A DNA stretch of 64,000 nt from Alphaproteobacteria bacterium (GCA_009694025.1 SHVZ01000004.1:12025-76024), one strand, 5' to 3'. Positions 10,292-19,871 are shown, counted from the stretch's first letter. Notes: generated from the letters alone by a model not told the origin. Made by a program: numbers and translations.

Positions 10292-11477
10292 CGGTCGCGT
10301 CCTTCCGCTTGTCCAGGCCGGGGAGCAGCTTGGTGCCGAGGCCGGGGCCGGTCATCGGATAGGCATAGCCCTTCTCGATCCTCGGCAGATCGGTCACCAG
10401 CTCGTTGTACCAGCCCGAGGTATAGGCCCGCACCGTCTCCTGGATCAGCGCGTTCGGCGCGTTCAGCGACAGATGCACGGAGGAGACCAGCACGATCGGC
10501 CCGGTGCAGTCGTGCGGCGCCACGGGCAGGTGATGCGCTTCGGCCATGGTCGCGATCTTCTTCGCCTCCGAGATACCTCCGACCCATCCCAGGTCCGGCA
10601 TGATGATGCCGGCCGCGTTCCTCGCCATCAGGTCGCGATAGGCGTAGCGGCTGGCCAGTGTCTCGGAGGCGCAGATCGGCACGCGCGTGAAGCGGGCGAG
10701 CTGCTCGACCGCGTCGAGATTGCTCATCTTGACCGGGTCTTCGTACCAATAGGGATCGAACTCCTCGAGCGCGACGAAGATGCGCTTGGCCGTGGTCAGG
10801 TTCCACAGCGAGTGCAGCTCGACCATGATGTCGATCTTGTTGCCGACCCGCTTGCGGATCTTGCGGAAGGGCTCCAGCGCCGTGTCCATCTCCGAGGGCG
10901 AGATGTGGAGACCGCCATTGGCCTCGGCCGCCCAATCGAACGGCCAGATCTTCATCGCGGTGATGCCCTCCGAGAGCAGGCTCTCGGCGAGCTCATCGGC
11001 GCGATTGAGGAAGGCGTCGAGGTCCTCGTAGGGCCCATCCGACTTCTTGTTGAGGCCGAAGTTCTCCGCCAGCTGGCCGGTCGCCTTGCGGACGTACTGG
11101 TAGCCGGCGCAGGTGTTGTAGATCCGGATCCGGTCGCGCGAGAGTCCGCCGAGGAGCTGGTGGATCGGCTGATTGGTCATCTGCCCCAGGATGTCCCAGA
11201 GCGCGATATCGACCGCCGAGGCCGCCCGCGTCTCGACGCCGGTCGCGCCGATCCCGACGTAGTAGTCGACGGCAAGCATCCGCGAGATCCTGTCGATGCG
11301 TCGGGGATCGGCGCCGAGCAGCTTGTGCGCCGCGACTTCGTGGATGTAGTTGGCGACGGTGCCCGGCGCGAAGAACGTCTCGCCGAGGCCGACCAGGCCC
11401 TGGTCGGTGTGGACCCTGAGCCACATCAGGTTCGGGAACTCGCCGAGCTGGATGGTCTCGAGCGCGGTGATCTTCAT
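10272..11477 (-). CDS. Enolase-superfamily enzyme (mandelate racemase/muconate-lactonizing family; acid-sugar dehydratase or lactone cycloisomerase type)
   Basis: 401 aa. The N-terminal capping domain plus barrel segments (KIWPFD, DIMVELH, YWYEDP, ASETL) fit the MR/MLE metal-ligand pattern. Confidence 0.8.
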   Translation of the reverse strand: MKITALETIQLGEFPNLMWLRVHTDQGLVGLGETFFAPGTVANYIHEVAAHKLLGADPRRIDRISRMLAVDYYVGIGATGVETRAASAVDIALWDILGQMTNQPIHQLLGGLSRDRIRIYNTCAGYQYVRKATGQLAENFGLNKKSDGPYEDLDAFLNRADELAESLLSEGITAMKIWPFDWAAEANGGLHISPSEMDTALEPFRKIRKRVGNKIDIMVELHSLWNLTTAKRIFVALEEFDPYWYEDPVKMSNLDAVEQLARFTRVPICASETLASRYAYRDLMARNAAGIIMPDLGWVGGISEAKKIATMAEAHHLPVAPHDCTGPIVLVSSVHLSLNAPNALIQETVRAYTSGWYNELVTDLPRIEKGYAYPMTGPGLGTKLLPGLDKRKDATVRWSKA

Positions 11478-11567
11478 CGGCGTCGGTCCTTCACGAGAAT
11501 TGGCGGCGGCGGACTTCGAACAGGAAACACAAGCGGCCGGCGGCGGCGACAGCTAAACTCGGCCGCC

Positions 11568-12668
11568 ATGAAATATACCCCCTCCCGCACCGAATGGGCG
11601 GCGACAGTCCCCGCCGATGCCGGCTTCGATCCGGCCGGGCTTGCCGACGCGATCGCGTTTCACCAGGCGAACGAGACGCCATGGCCGCACGACATCGACG
11701 CGCATATCAAGATCGGCCACTTCGAGCCGCCGCCGTGGAACGAGATCATCGGGCCGACCCGCGAGCGCACGGGGCCGAACGGCATCGTGCTCCGCGGCGG
11801 GCGCATCGTCGCCGAATGGGGCGACACCGCCCGCGCCGACATGACATTCAGCGTGACCAAGAGCTATCTCGCGCTGGTCTGCGGCCTCGCGGTCGACGAT
11901 GGCCTGATCTCCGACATCGACCGGCCGGTCGGCGAGATCGTCAAGGACGGCGGCTTCGACTCCGCCCAGAACCGCCCGATCACCTGGCGCCATCTGCTTG
12001 AGCAGACCAGCGAGTGGGAAGGCGAGCTGTTCGGCAAGCCGGACATGGTCGACCGCAACCGCAACCTCGCCACCGAAGGCGCCGGCCAGGCCAAAGGAAC
12101 CTTCCGCGCGCTCCAGCCCCCCGGCGCCTACTGGGAGTACAACGACGTCCGCGTCAACCGGCTGTCGCTCTCGCTGCTGCGCGTCTTCAAGCGCGCGGTG
12201 CCGGCAGTGGCGAAGGAGCGGATCATGGACCCGATCGGGGCCAGCGACGCCTGGGAATGGCATGGCTACCGCACCTCGGAAGTCGAGGAGAGCGGGAAGA
12301 AGATCACCTCGGTCTCCGGCGGCGGCCATTGGGGCGGCGGGCTGTTCATCCCGACCCGGGATCATGCGCGCGTCGGTCTGATGGTCGCCAACCACGGCCG
12401 CTGGGGCGACCGCCGCATCATTTCCGAGGATTGGATCCGGCGCTGCGCCACGCCGTCGAAGATCAACGCCAGCTACGGCCTGCTGTTCTGGCTGAACACC
12501 GATGGCACGCAGACGCCGAGCGCGCCCAGGTCGAGCGTCTTCATGCTGGGCGCCGGCTCCAACATCGTCTGGATCGACCGAGACCACGACCTGGTCGCGG
12601 TCGTCCGCTGGATCGCCAAGGACGCTTTCGACGGCTTCGCCAGGCGCGTGCTGGCGGCGCTCCGCTGA
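11568..12668 (+). CDS. Serine hydrolase (beta-lactamase/transpeptidase-like fold)
   Basis: ATG at 11568 within the 10197..12668 ORF. FSVTKS is an S-x-x-K nucleophile motif. The upstream 457 codons are antisense shadow of the enolase-family gene. Confidence 0.6.
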   Translation: MKYTPSRTEWAATVPADAGFDPAGLADAIAFHQANETPWPHDIDAHIKIGHFEPPPWNEIIGPTRERTGPNGIVLRGGRIVAEWGDTARADMTFSVTKSYLALVCGLAVDDGLISDIDRPVGEIVKDGGFDSAQNRPITWRHLLEQTSEWEGELFGKPDMVDRNRNLATEGAGQAKGTFRALQPPGAYWEYNDVRVNRLSLSLLRVFKRAVPAVAKERIMDPIGASDAWEWHGYRTSEVEESGKKITSVSGGGHWGGGLFIPTRDHARVGLMVANHGRWGDRRIISEDWIRRCATPSKINASYGLLFWLNTDGTQTPSAPRSSVFMLGAGSNIVWIDRDHDLVAVVRWIAKDAFDGFARRVLAALR

Positions 12669-12683
12669 GGACCCTCGGATGCT

Positions 12684-13550
12684 TTGGACCACCACACTGA
12701 CGAGGCTCTGATGCGCGAGGTCTTCCGGCGCCTGTCGCCCGATGCCCCCTATTTCCCCGACCACCTCGTCAGCATCCAGTCGGGCCCCGACAGCATGATC
12801 CGCCATGTCTGGCAGACCGCGGCCGTCTGCCTCGTCAAGGACTCCCCGCACCCGCTCCGGATCCTGGAGGTCGGGTCCTGGGCCGGGCATTCGTCCCTGA
12901 CCTGGGCCGAGGCCATGGCCAAGTTCGAGCGCGACGGCACCCTCCTCTGCGTCGATCCCTGGGGCCGCTATTTCGCCGCTGAGGACTTGAAGCCAGAGGG
13001 CACCGCCTACCGGGCGATGGACGCGGCGGTCGACCTGGATCTCATCTACGGCCTCTTCCTCCACAATATCGGCTTCGCCGACAAGCGCGTCCGCGTCGAC
13101 CACATCCGCGGGCGCTTCGACGAGGTAGCGCCATACCTTGCCGACGGTCAGTTCGACATCGTCTACATCGACGGCTCGCACTACTACGCCGACGTCGCCC
13201 ACGACATCGCGGCGGCCAAGCGGCTTGTCCGCGACGGCGGCTTCATCTGCGGCGACGACCTCGAGCACCAGCTCGCCGACGTCGACGACGCATTCGTCCG
13301 CACCAACCTCGCCAAAGACTTCGCGCGCGACCCGAAGGGCCGCGGCATGCATCCGGGGGTGACGCTGGCGGTCGCCGAGGCCTTCGGCCGGGTCGCCGAC
13401 TATTCCGGCTTCTGGATCATGCGCCGGGAGGGCGACGGCTTTCGCGAGGTCGAGCTGCACCAGGCCCAGGTGTTCATCCCGAGCCACCTCCGCGAGGTCG
13501 ACAAGCACGCGCTCTACGCCTGGATGAAGCAGAGCGGGCTTTTCGGCTGA
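12684..13550 (+). CDS. Class I SAM-dependent methyltransferase (O-methyltransferase/CmcI-like)
   Basis: ILEVGSWAGHS (motif I-like) and DIVYIDGSHYY...GGFICGDD. TTG at 12684, with ATG at 12711 as an alternative start. Confidence 0.55.
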   Translation: MDHHTDEALMREVFRRLSPDAPYFPDHLVSIQSGPDSMIRHVWQTAAVCLVKDSPHPLRILEVGSWAGHSSLTWAEAMAKFERDGTLLCVDPWGRYFAAEDLKPEGTAYRAMDAAVDLDLIYGLFLHNIGFADKRVRVDHIRGRFDEVAPYLADGQFDIVYIDGSHYYADVAHDIAAAKRLVRDGGFICGDDLEHQLADVDDAFVRTNLAKDFARDPKGRGMHPGVTLAVAEAFGRVADYSGFWIMRREGDGFREVELHQAQVFIPSHLREVDKHALYAWMKQSGLFG

Positions 13551-13578
13551 TTTCTGCCGCCCGAGTCTTCCTCGATCC

Positions 13579-13647
13579 GGCGCCTTTCGTTGACGAGGGG
13601 AAGCCGCTCCCCCTAACCTCGGCATCGGAGTTTCAGCGAAAGGCGCC
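13579..13647 (+). promoter_or_regulatory. Perfect 11-bp inverted repeat (GGCGCCTTTCG ... CGAAAGGCGCC) whose 3' arm covers the likely Shine-Dalgarno of the downstream DapA-family gene
   Basis: Arms at 13579-13589 and 13637-13647, read directly. AAGG within the 3' arm lies 10-13 nt before the ATG at 13653. Confidence 0.3.
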
Positions 13648-13652
13648 GCACC

Positions 13653-14588
13653 ATGAAGACCTCGCCCGTCAAGCCGGCCGATCTCGCCCAGACCGTGCTC
13701 GCCGTCCCGCCGCTGGCGCGCCTGCCGGATCTCGCCCTCGACCGCGTCGCCAACGCCAAGCTGATCCGGCACATCGAGGCCGGCGGCATCCGTACGATGA
13801 TGTATGGGGGCAACGCCAATTTCTATCATGTCGGCCTCTACGAGCTGGCCGGCATCCTCGATTTCCTGACCGAGACCGCCGCGGAATCCACCTGGATGAT
13901 CCCGTCGATCGGGCCGGACTACGGCAAGATGATCGACCAGGTCGACGTCATGCGAAGCCGCGCTTTCCCGACCGCCATGGTGCTGCCACCGTCGCCGCCG
14001 ATCGCGGTCGACGGCGTGCTCGCCGGTCTCCGACGGGTCGCCGACCGCTTCGGCCGGCCGCTGATCCTCTATATCAAGGCGGAGGGCGCAGTGACGCCCG
14101 ACGGCGTCGCCCGCCTGTTCGAGGACGGCGCCCTATGCGCGGTCAAGTACGCGATCAACCGCGCCAATCCGTCCGAGGACGCCTTCCTCGAGGACCTGGT
14201 GCAGCGGATCGGTACCGACCGCATCGTCAGCGGCATGGGCGAGCGCCCGGCGATCGCGCACCTGAAGGACTTCAAGCTCGCCGCCTTCACCTCGGGCCTC
14301 GTCTGCATCGCGCCCCGGACCAGCCAGTCGCTGCTCACCGCCATCCGGCGCGGCGACTGGACCGAGGCCGAGCGCATCCGCCAGATCTTCGTCGCCGCCG
14401 AGGACCTTCGGGAGAAGCACGGCTTCATCCCGGTGCTGCACGACGCCGTCACCTTTTCCGGCATCGCCGACATGGGACGGATGCTGCCCTTGCTCTCGAA
14501 CCTGCCGGAGGCGCTGCACGCGCCCGTCCGCAAGCTCGCGAGCGACCTCGTCGCCGTCGAGGCGCGGTTGTCGCAGAAGGCCGCGTGA
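13653..14588 (+). CDS. Dihydrodipicolinate synthase/N-acetylneuraminate lyase family protein (candidate keto-deoxy-acid dehydratase/aldolase)
   Basis: 311 aa. Class I aldolase pattern with a candidate Schiff-base Lys in CAVKYAI. Genomic context with udh-like and enolase-family genes. Confidence 0.65.
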   Translation: MKTSPVKPADLAQTVLAVPPLARLPDLALDRVANAKLIRHIEAGGIRTMMYGGNANFYHVGLYELAGILDFLTETAAESTWMIPSIGPDYGKMIDQVDVMRSRAFPTAMVLPPSPPIAVDGVLAGLRRVADRFGRPLILYIKAEGAVTPDGVARLFEDGALCAVKYAINRANPSEDAFLEDLVQRIGTDRIVSGMGERPAIAHLKDFKLAAFTSGLVCIAPRTSQSLLTAIRRGDWTEAERIRQIFVAAEDLREKHGFIPVLHDAVTFSGIADMGRMLPLLSNLPEALHAPVRKLASDLVAVEARLSQKAA

Positions 14589-15388
14589 TGGCCGAGAAGC
14601 CCATACTGCTGACCGGCGCGGCCGGCGTCCTCGGACGCTGGCTGCGTCCCCGCCTGGTCGAGCGCTACGGCCGCCTCCGCGTTTCCGACAGGGCCGATCC
14701 GGCCCCGCTCGGCAAGGGCGAGGAATCGGTCGTCGCCGACCTCGCCGATTTCGAGCTGGTCTCGCGCGCGGTCGCCGGATCCCGCGCGATCATCCATTTC
14801 GGCGCGTATTCGGTCGAGGCCAAGTGGGAAACGATCCTGCCGGCCAACATCGTCGGCACCTACAACGTGTTCGAAGCCGCCCGCCTGCACGGGGTCAAGC
14901 GCATCGTCTTCGCCAGCTCGAACCACGCCATCGGCTTCCACGAGGTGGGGAAGAAGCTCAACGCCGATTCCGTGCAGAAACCGGACGGCTACTACGGCAT
15001 CTCCAAGGCCTTCGGCGAGAACATGGGCAGCCTCTACGTCGACAAGTTCGACATGGAGGTGGCGTGCCTCCGGATCGGATCGGCGCTGCCGACGCCGAAG
15101 GAGCCGCGCCACCTTTCGACCTGGCTCAGCTATCCCGACCTCTTCCGGCTGGTCACCGCCTGCCTCGACGCACCCAAGCTCAAATTCGCGGTGCTCTACG
15201 GCGCCTCGAAGAACACCCGCAGCTGGTGGAGCAACGCCAAAGTGCCGGAAGTCGACTACCGGCCGGAGGACAACGCCGAGGATTACGCCGCACAGATCCT
15301 GAGCCACGGCGACCAGCGCGATCCCAAGGACCCGGCGACCCGCTTCATGGGCGGCCCTTACTGTCCGATCGACTACGTCAAGCGCTGA
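14588..15388 (+). CDS. udh: Uronate dehydrogenase-like NAD-dependent epimerase/dehydratase family protein
   Basis: ATG at 14588. LLTGAAGVLG Rossmann motif. FASSNHAIGF, PDGYYGISKAFGE and LSTW closely resemble remembered Agrobacterium/Pseudomonas Udh. Confidence 0.7.
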   Translation: MAEKPILLTGAAGVLGRWLRPRLVERYGRLRVSDRADPAPLGKGEESVVADLADFELVSRAVAGSRAIIHFGAYSVEAKWETILPANIVGTYNVFEAARLHGVKRIVFASSNHAIGFHEVGKKLNADSVQKPDGYYGISKAFGENMGSLYVDKFDMEVACLRIGSALPTPKEPRHLSTWLSYPDLFRLVTACLDAPKLKFAVLYGASKNTRSWWSNAKVPEVDYRPEDNAEDYAAQILSHGDQRDPKDPATRFMGGPYCPIDYVKR

Positions 15389-15415
15389 CGACAGCGGATC
15401 GGCCCGACACCGGCG

Positions 15416-16675
15416 ATGATCGATCCCCGCACGTTCCTTCGCGCCCTCTTCGATGCCGCGCTTGCGGCCGCCGACCCGGCAAAGGCGGTGCCCCCGGGCC
15501 TGCCGAAGCCGCCGAAGGGCCGCACGATCGTGGTCGGTGCCGGCAAGGCCGCTGCCTCGATGGCGCGCGCCGTCGAGGCCCATTGGCCGGGGCCGCTCTC
15601 CGGCCTCGTCGTCACCCGCTACGGCCATGGCGTCCCCTGCAAACGGATCGAGGTGGTGGAGGCCGCCCATCCGGTGCCGGACGCCAGGGGGCGGGAAGCG
15701 GCGCAACGCATCCTCAGCTCGGTGACCGACCTCACCGGCGACGATCTCGTCCTGGCGCTGATCTCGGGCGGCGGGTCCGCCCTTCTGGTGCTGCCGGCCT
15801 ACGGAATCAGTCTGGAGGACAAGCGCGCCGTGACCTCGGCGCTGCTCAAGTCGGGTGCCGCCATCGACGAGATGAACACGATCCGAAAGCACCTGTCGGG
15901 CATCAAGGGCGGGCGGCTCGCGACCATGGCTTATCCGGCCGAAGTCGTGACCCTCGCGATCTCCGACGTGCCCGGCGACGATCCGTCGGTGATCGCCTCC
16001 GGCCCGACCGTGCCCGATCCCACGACCTATGCCGATGCCGGGGCGGTATTGGCTAAGTATGGCGTCATCCCGCCTGACGGCGTCGCCCGCCGCTTCGCGG
16101 CCGCCGCCGACGAGACGCCGAAGCCCGGCGACCCACGCCTTTCCCGCACGCGCTACACGATGATCGCTCGGCCGCTGGCGTCACTGGAGGCCGCCGCCCA
16201 GGTCGCCCATGCCCAGAGCGTGACGCCGGTCATGCTCGGCGACGCGCTGGAGGGCGAGTCCCGCGAGGTCGCCAAAGTGATGGCGGGCATCGCGCGCTCC
16301 GTGGCGCTCCACGGCCAACCAGCCCGGCCACCGGTCGTCCTCCTCTCCGGCGGCGAGACCACGGTCACGGTCCGCGGCAAGGGCCGTGGCGGCCGCAACG
16401 CCGAGTTCCTGCTGGCCCTCGCCGTCGCGCTCGGCGGCGACAAGCGCATCTCGGCCATCGCCTGCGACACCGACGGCGTCGACGGCAGCGAGAACAATGC
16501 CGGCGCGGTCCTTCTGCCGGACACGCTCGCCCGCGCCGAGGCGCGTGGCCTCGACGCCAAGGCCCGGCTCGCCGAGAATGACGGCTATGGCTTCTTCTCG
16601 ACCTTAGGCGACCTCGTCGTCACCGGCCCCACGCTCACCAACGTCAACGACTTCCGCGCCGTCCTGATCCTCTAG
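15416..16675 (+). CDS. Glycerate 2-kinase / hydroxypyruvate-reductase-annotated MOFRL family protein
   Basis: 419 aa. VVGAGKAAASMA, LISGGGSALL, IRKHLSGIKGG and DGVDG are typical of the TtuD/GckA family. Confidence 0.8.
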   Translation: MIDPRTFLRALFDAALAAADPAKAVPPGLPKPPKGRTIVVGAGKAAASMARAVEAHWPGPLSGLVVTRYGHGVPCKRIEVVEAAHPVPDARGREAAQRILSSVTDLTGDDLVLALISGGGSALLVLPAYGISLEDKRAVTSALLKSGAAIDEMNTIRKHLSGIKGGRLATMAYPAEVVTLAISDVPGDDPSVIASGPTVPDPTTYADAGAVLAKYGVIPPDGVARRFAAAADETPKPGDPRLSRTRYTMIARPLASLEAAAQVAHAQSVTPVMLGDALEGESREVAKVMAGIARSVALHGQPARPPVVLLSGGETTVTVRGKGRGGRNAEFLLALAVALGGDKRISAIACDTDGVDGSENNAGAVLLPDTLARAEARGLDAKARLAENDGYGFFSTLGDLVVTGPTLTNVNDFRAVLIL

Positions 16676-16690
16676 TCCGGAGCCCTCCGC

Positions 16691-17689
16691 ATGGATCTCT
16701 TGATCGCCGGCGGCACCCAGTTCGTCGGGCGCCACATCGTCGAGATCGCCCTCAGCCGCGGCCACAAGGTGACCATGCTCAACCGCGGCCAGTCCGGTAC
16801 CGGGCTGTTTCCGGGGATCGAGCGCATCCACGCCGACCGCATGGTCGACGTCTCGGCCGTGAAGGGCCGGCGTTGGGACTCGTGCATCGACGTCTCGGGA
16901 TATTTCCACCGGCCCGTCCGCATGCTGGCGGAAGCGGTGAAGCCGATGGTGCCGCATTTCTGCTTCATCTCGACGGTCTCGGTCTATGCCGACTGGCGGC
17001 CGGCGCCGGCGGTGGCCGAGGACTTCGAGCTGGCGAAGACCGACACGCCCGACCACGAGCTCCGCGACAACAAGGACTACGGAGCCCTGAAGGCGCTCGC
17101 CGAGGAGGCGGCACGCTCGGTCTATGGCGACCAGACGCTGATCGTCCGCCCCGGCCTCGTCGTCGGCCCGCGCGACCACACCAACCGCTTCACCTACTGG
17201 GTGACGCGGCTGGCCGAGGGCGGCGAGGTGCTGGCGCCGGGGCCGGCCGACCGCCCGGTGCAGTTCATCGACGCCCGCGACCTCGCAGACTTCACCCTGG
17301 GCATGGCCGAGAAGAAGGCGACCGGCACCTACAACGCGACCGGCCCGGCCAAGCGCCTGACCATGGGCGAGATGCTGGACACCATCGGCAAGGCAGTGGG
17401 GTCGACCGCCAAGCTCACCTGGGTCGACGCGCAGTTCCTGGTCGATGCGGAGGTCAAACCCTATACCGAGATGCCGGTCTGGCTGCCGGGATCGGAGAAG
17501 CGACCGCTGTTCGCCACCATCTCCCTCGACCGCTCGATCCCCGCAGGCCTCAGGCACCGGCCGCTGACGGACACCGCGAGGGACACGCTCGCCTGGTGGA
17601 AGGGCGAGAACGACCCGCCTGTGGCCGCGGCGATGACGCGCGAGAAGGAACGCGACCTGCTGGCGAAGTGGAAGGCCCGAAAGGCTTAG
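16691..17689 (+). CDS. NAD(P)-dependent epimerase/dehydratase-family (extended SDR) protein
   Basis: 332 aa. N-terminal IAGGTQFVGRH glycine-rich dinucleotide motif and Y-x-x-x-K-like YGALK. Confidence 0.6.
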   Translation: MDLLIAGGTQFVGRHIVEIALSRGHKVTMLNRGQSGTGLFPGIERIHADRMVDVSAVKGRRWDSCIDVSGYFHRPVRMLAEAVKPMVPHFCFISTVSVYADWRPAPAVAEDFELAKTDTPDHELRDNKDYGALKALAEEAARSVYGDQTLIVRPGLVVGPRDHTNRFTYWVTRLAEGGEVLAPGPADRPVQFIDARDLADFTLGMAEKKATGTYNATGPAKRLTMGEMLDTIGKAVGSTAKLTWVDAQFLVDAEVKPYTEMPVWLPGSEKRPLFATISLDRSIPAGLRHRPLTDTARDTLAWWKGENDPPVAAAMTREKERDLLAKWKARKA

Positions 17690-18201
17690 ATCCCGCCGCC
17701 GACGGCCCCGGCGCCGAAGGCGAAGGGCGAGGCGAAAGCGACCCAGCCGGCCGGCAACGCCAGCTTGATCTCTGCGATCTCGACCGAGATGTCCTTGGGC
17801 GTGAGCCGGCAGATGACGCCGCGCACGGTATCGAAAGTCGAGACCTGGAGCTGGACGCCGCTCTTGTCGCGCTCGAGCTTCTCCAGGCTCTCGGTCGTGA
17901 ACTTCTCGATGATGATCCGGAAGTCGGCGCAGGTGGCGCCGTTCGCGGCCAGCGCATTCAGTCCTTTGCCCAGCACGACCTGGTGTCCGTTGCTGGGCGT
18001 GAATCGAACCTGAGTCAGGAAGGCACCGCCGTAAACGCCGACATAGTCGACGGCGAGCCGGCCGGGCGTGTAGTCAGCGGGATAGCCGATCACGGAGTCG
18101 ATGTAGGCGCCGGCAGTCGCCGGAGCATCCGTGCCGATAAACCGCTCGGCCGCGGCGGCCGGAAGCGCAAGCAGCACCAGGAGGGCCGCGAGGAGGCGCA
18201 T
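17686..18201 (-). CDS. Hypothetical secreted protein with hydrophobic Gly/Ala-rich C-terminal tail
   Basis: ATG at 18201 gives MRLLAALLVLLALPAAAAERF (signal peptide with A-x-A). Balanced globular middle. Tail is LALPAGWVAFASPFAFGAGAVGGGI. I recognise no family. Confidence 0.45.
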   Translation of the reverse strand: MRLLAALLVLLALPAAAAERFIGTDAPATAGAYIDSVIGYPADYTPGRLAVDYVGVYGGAFLTQVRFTPSNGHQVVLGKGLNALAANGATCADFRIIIEKFTTESLEKLERDKSGVQLQVSTFDTVRGVICRLTPKDISVEIAEIKLALPAGWVAFASPFAFGAGAVGGGI

Positions 18202-18233
18202 GAGCTGCAACCTACCAGCCCGGTCGACCCGCG

Positions 18234-19871
18234 TCACTTCGCCGGCGCAAGCGCGCTCAGCGTGGTGAAGGCCGAGATGTGCTCGAGGCTGGAGCGGACG
18301 TCGATCACCGCAGGTCCCTCGGCGGCGAGCGCTTGGGCGACGACATCGGCCGCGTCGGCGGATCGGGCGAGGATCAGGCCGGTCGCGCCGAAGGAGCGGG
18401 CAAGCGCTGCGAAGTCCGGGTTGGCGAGATCCGTGGCGCTCACCCGGCCGGGATAGTGCTTCTCCTGGTGGAGCCGGATCGTCCCGTAGCTGCCGTTGTT
18501 GGAGACGATGGCGACGAATCGGGCGCGGTGGCGGATCGCGGTCGCCAGCTCGTAGCCGGTCATCAGGAAGCCGCCGTCGCCGATCAGCACGACGACCGGG
18601 GTCCCCGGGAAGCGGAGAGATGCCGCGACCGCCGCCGGCATGCCGAAGCCCATGGCGCCGGCGACGACGCCGAGCAGGCGGTGGCGGCCTGAGAACGGGA
18701 AATGCCGGTGGAGCCAGCCGGAGAAGTTGCCGGCATCGGTGATCAGGATGGCGTCATCAGGCAGCCGGTCGATCAGCGCCACCACCGGATGGCCGAAGAC
18801 GACACCGTCGGTGGCCTCGACCGGCGTCCATGCCGCCTGGCCGGCGTGGCGGCCATGCAGCCGCGCCGCCCACCGCGCCCGGGCATCGCTCTTGGCGTTG
18901 GATCGGCGCGGTGCGGCCTTGGCGAGCGCGCGGGCGAAGACGACGGGATCGACCGCGAGCGGTGCCACCAACGGGTCCGGATAGACATGGACCAGCGCCT
19001 GGCCGGCCATCGGCAGCCGGTAGCCCTGGCTGGTGACGTCTCCCAGGCGCGTACCGAGGGCGACCACGAGATCGGCCTCACCGACCAGGCGGACCTGGTC
19101 CTCCGGCGCCATGTAGCCGAGATGGCCGCCGAAGAGGCGGTGGGTGTTGGGGAACAGATCCTGCTGCTTGAAGGCGGCGATGACCGGCGTATCGGACGCC
19201 TCCGCCAGCTCGATCAGCGCCGCCCGCCCCTCCGCCCCGCGCATGAGGCCGCCGGCGATCACCGCCGGCCGCTCGGCCCCAGCGATCCGGGCGGCAACCT
19301 CGGCGACCGTATCGGCGCTTGCATGGGCGGACATCGCCGGCTTCGGCAGCATCACCGCCGCCTCGACCTCGTCCAGCAGCATGTCTTCGGGCAGCACCAC
19401 CACGGTCGGACCGGGCGTCCCCGCCTGGGCCAGGTGGAAGGCGCGCTGGATCGCCTCCGGCACCCGGTTGCCGTCGGTCACCACCTCCACATGCTTCGCC
19501 ATGTCGGCGAAGGTCTGGCGGTAGTCGACCTCCTGGAAGGCGCGGCGGCCGACATCCTTCCGCTCGATCTGGCCGATGAAGAGGACGAAGGGCACCGCGT
19601 CCTGCTGGGCGACGTGGACCGCGATGGAGGCGTTGGTGGCGCCGGGCCCGCGGCTGACGAAGACGACGCCCGGGCGCATCGTCAGCTTGGCATCGGCGAC
19701 GCCCATGAAGCCGGCGCCGCCTTCGTGACGGGCCACCACCACGTCGATCTCCGGCCGCCCGACCAGCGCGTCGAGCACGGCGAGATAGCTCTCGCCGGGC
19801 ACGCAGAAGACGCGGTCGACGCCGTGGGCGACAAGGCAGTCGACGAGCAGGTCGGCGGCGCGGCGGGTCAT
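18234..19871 (-). CDS. Thiamine-diphosphate-dependent enzyme (acetolactate-synthase-like fold)
   Basis: 545 aa. N-terminal Pyr domain (VFCVPGESYL, GPGATN) and C-terminal PP domain with IGDGGF...NN ThDP/Mg motif. Confidence 0.8.
   Translation of the reverse strand: MTRRAADLLVDCLVAHGVDRVFCVPGESYLAVLDALVGRPEIDVVVARHEGGAGFMGVADAKLTMRPGVVFVSRGPGATNASIAVHVAQQDAVPFVLFIGQIERKDVGRRAFQEVDYRQTFADMAKHVEVVTDGNRVPEAIQRAFHLAQAGTPGPTVVVLPEDMLLDEVEAAVMLPKPAMSAHASADTVAEVAARIAGAERPAVIAGGLMRGAEGRAALIELAEASDTPVIAAFKQQDLFPNTHRLFGGHLGYMAPEDQVRLVGEADLVVALGTRLGDVTSQGYRLPMAGQALVHVYPDPLVAPLAVDPVVFARALAKAAPRRSNAKSDARARWAARLHGRHAGQAAWTPVEATDGVVFGHPVVALIDRLPDDAILITDAGNFSGWLHRHFPFSGRHRLLGVVAGAMGFGMPAAVAASLRFPGTPVVVLIGDGGFLMTGYELATAIRHRARFVAIVSNNGSYGTIRLHQEKHYPGRVSATDLANPDFAALARSFGATGLILARSADAADVVAQALAAEGPAVIDVRSSLEHISAFTTLSALAPAK

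Noticed and set aside
10197-11567. N-terminal 457 codons of the 823-aa ORF 10197..12668.
   Set aside because: This part is antisense to the well-supported enolase-superfamily gene and looks like shadow sequence. The serine-hydrolase homology begins at the ATG at 11568 (MKYTPSRTEW...).
11553-13829. 758-aa minus-strand ORF.
   Set aside because: It is antisense to the serine hydrolase, methyltransferase and the start of the DapA-family gene. It has Arg/Gly/Asp/Ala-rich low-information composition and spans three independently supported plus-strand genes.
14069-15892. 607-aa minus-strand ORF, plus the 14824..16056 and 14135..14587 plus-strand alternatives.
   Set aside because: These are antisense or out of frame relative to the DapA-family, Udh-like and glycerate kinase genes, which have clear family motifs. 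Their composition is heavily biased (R, G, A, P).
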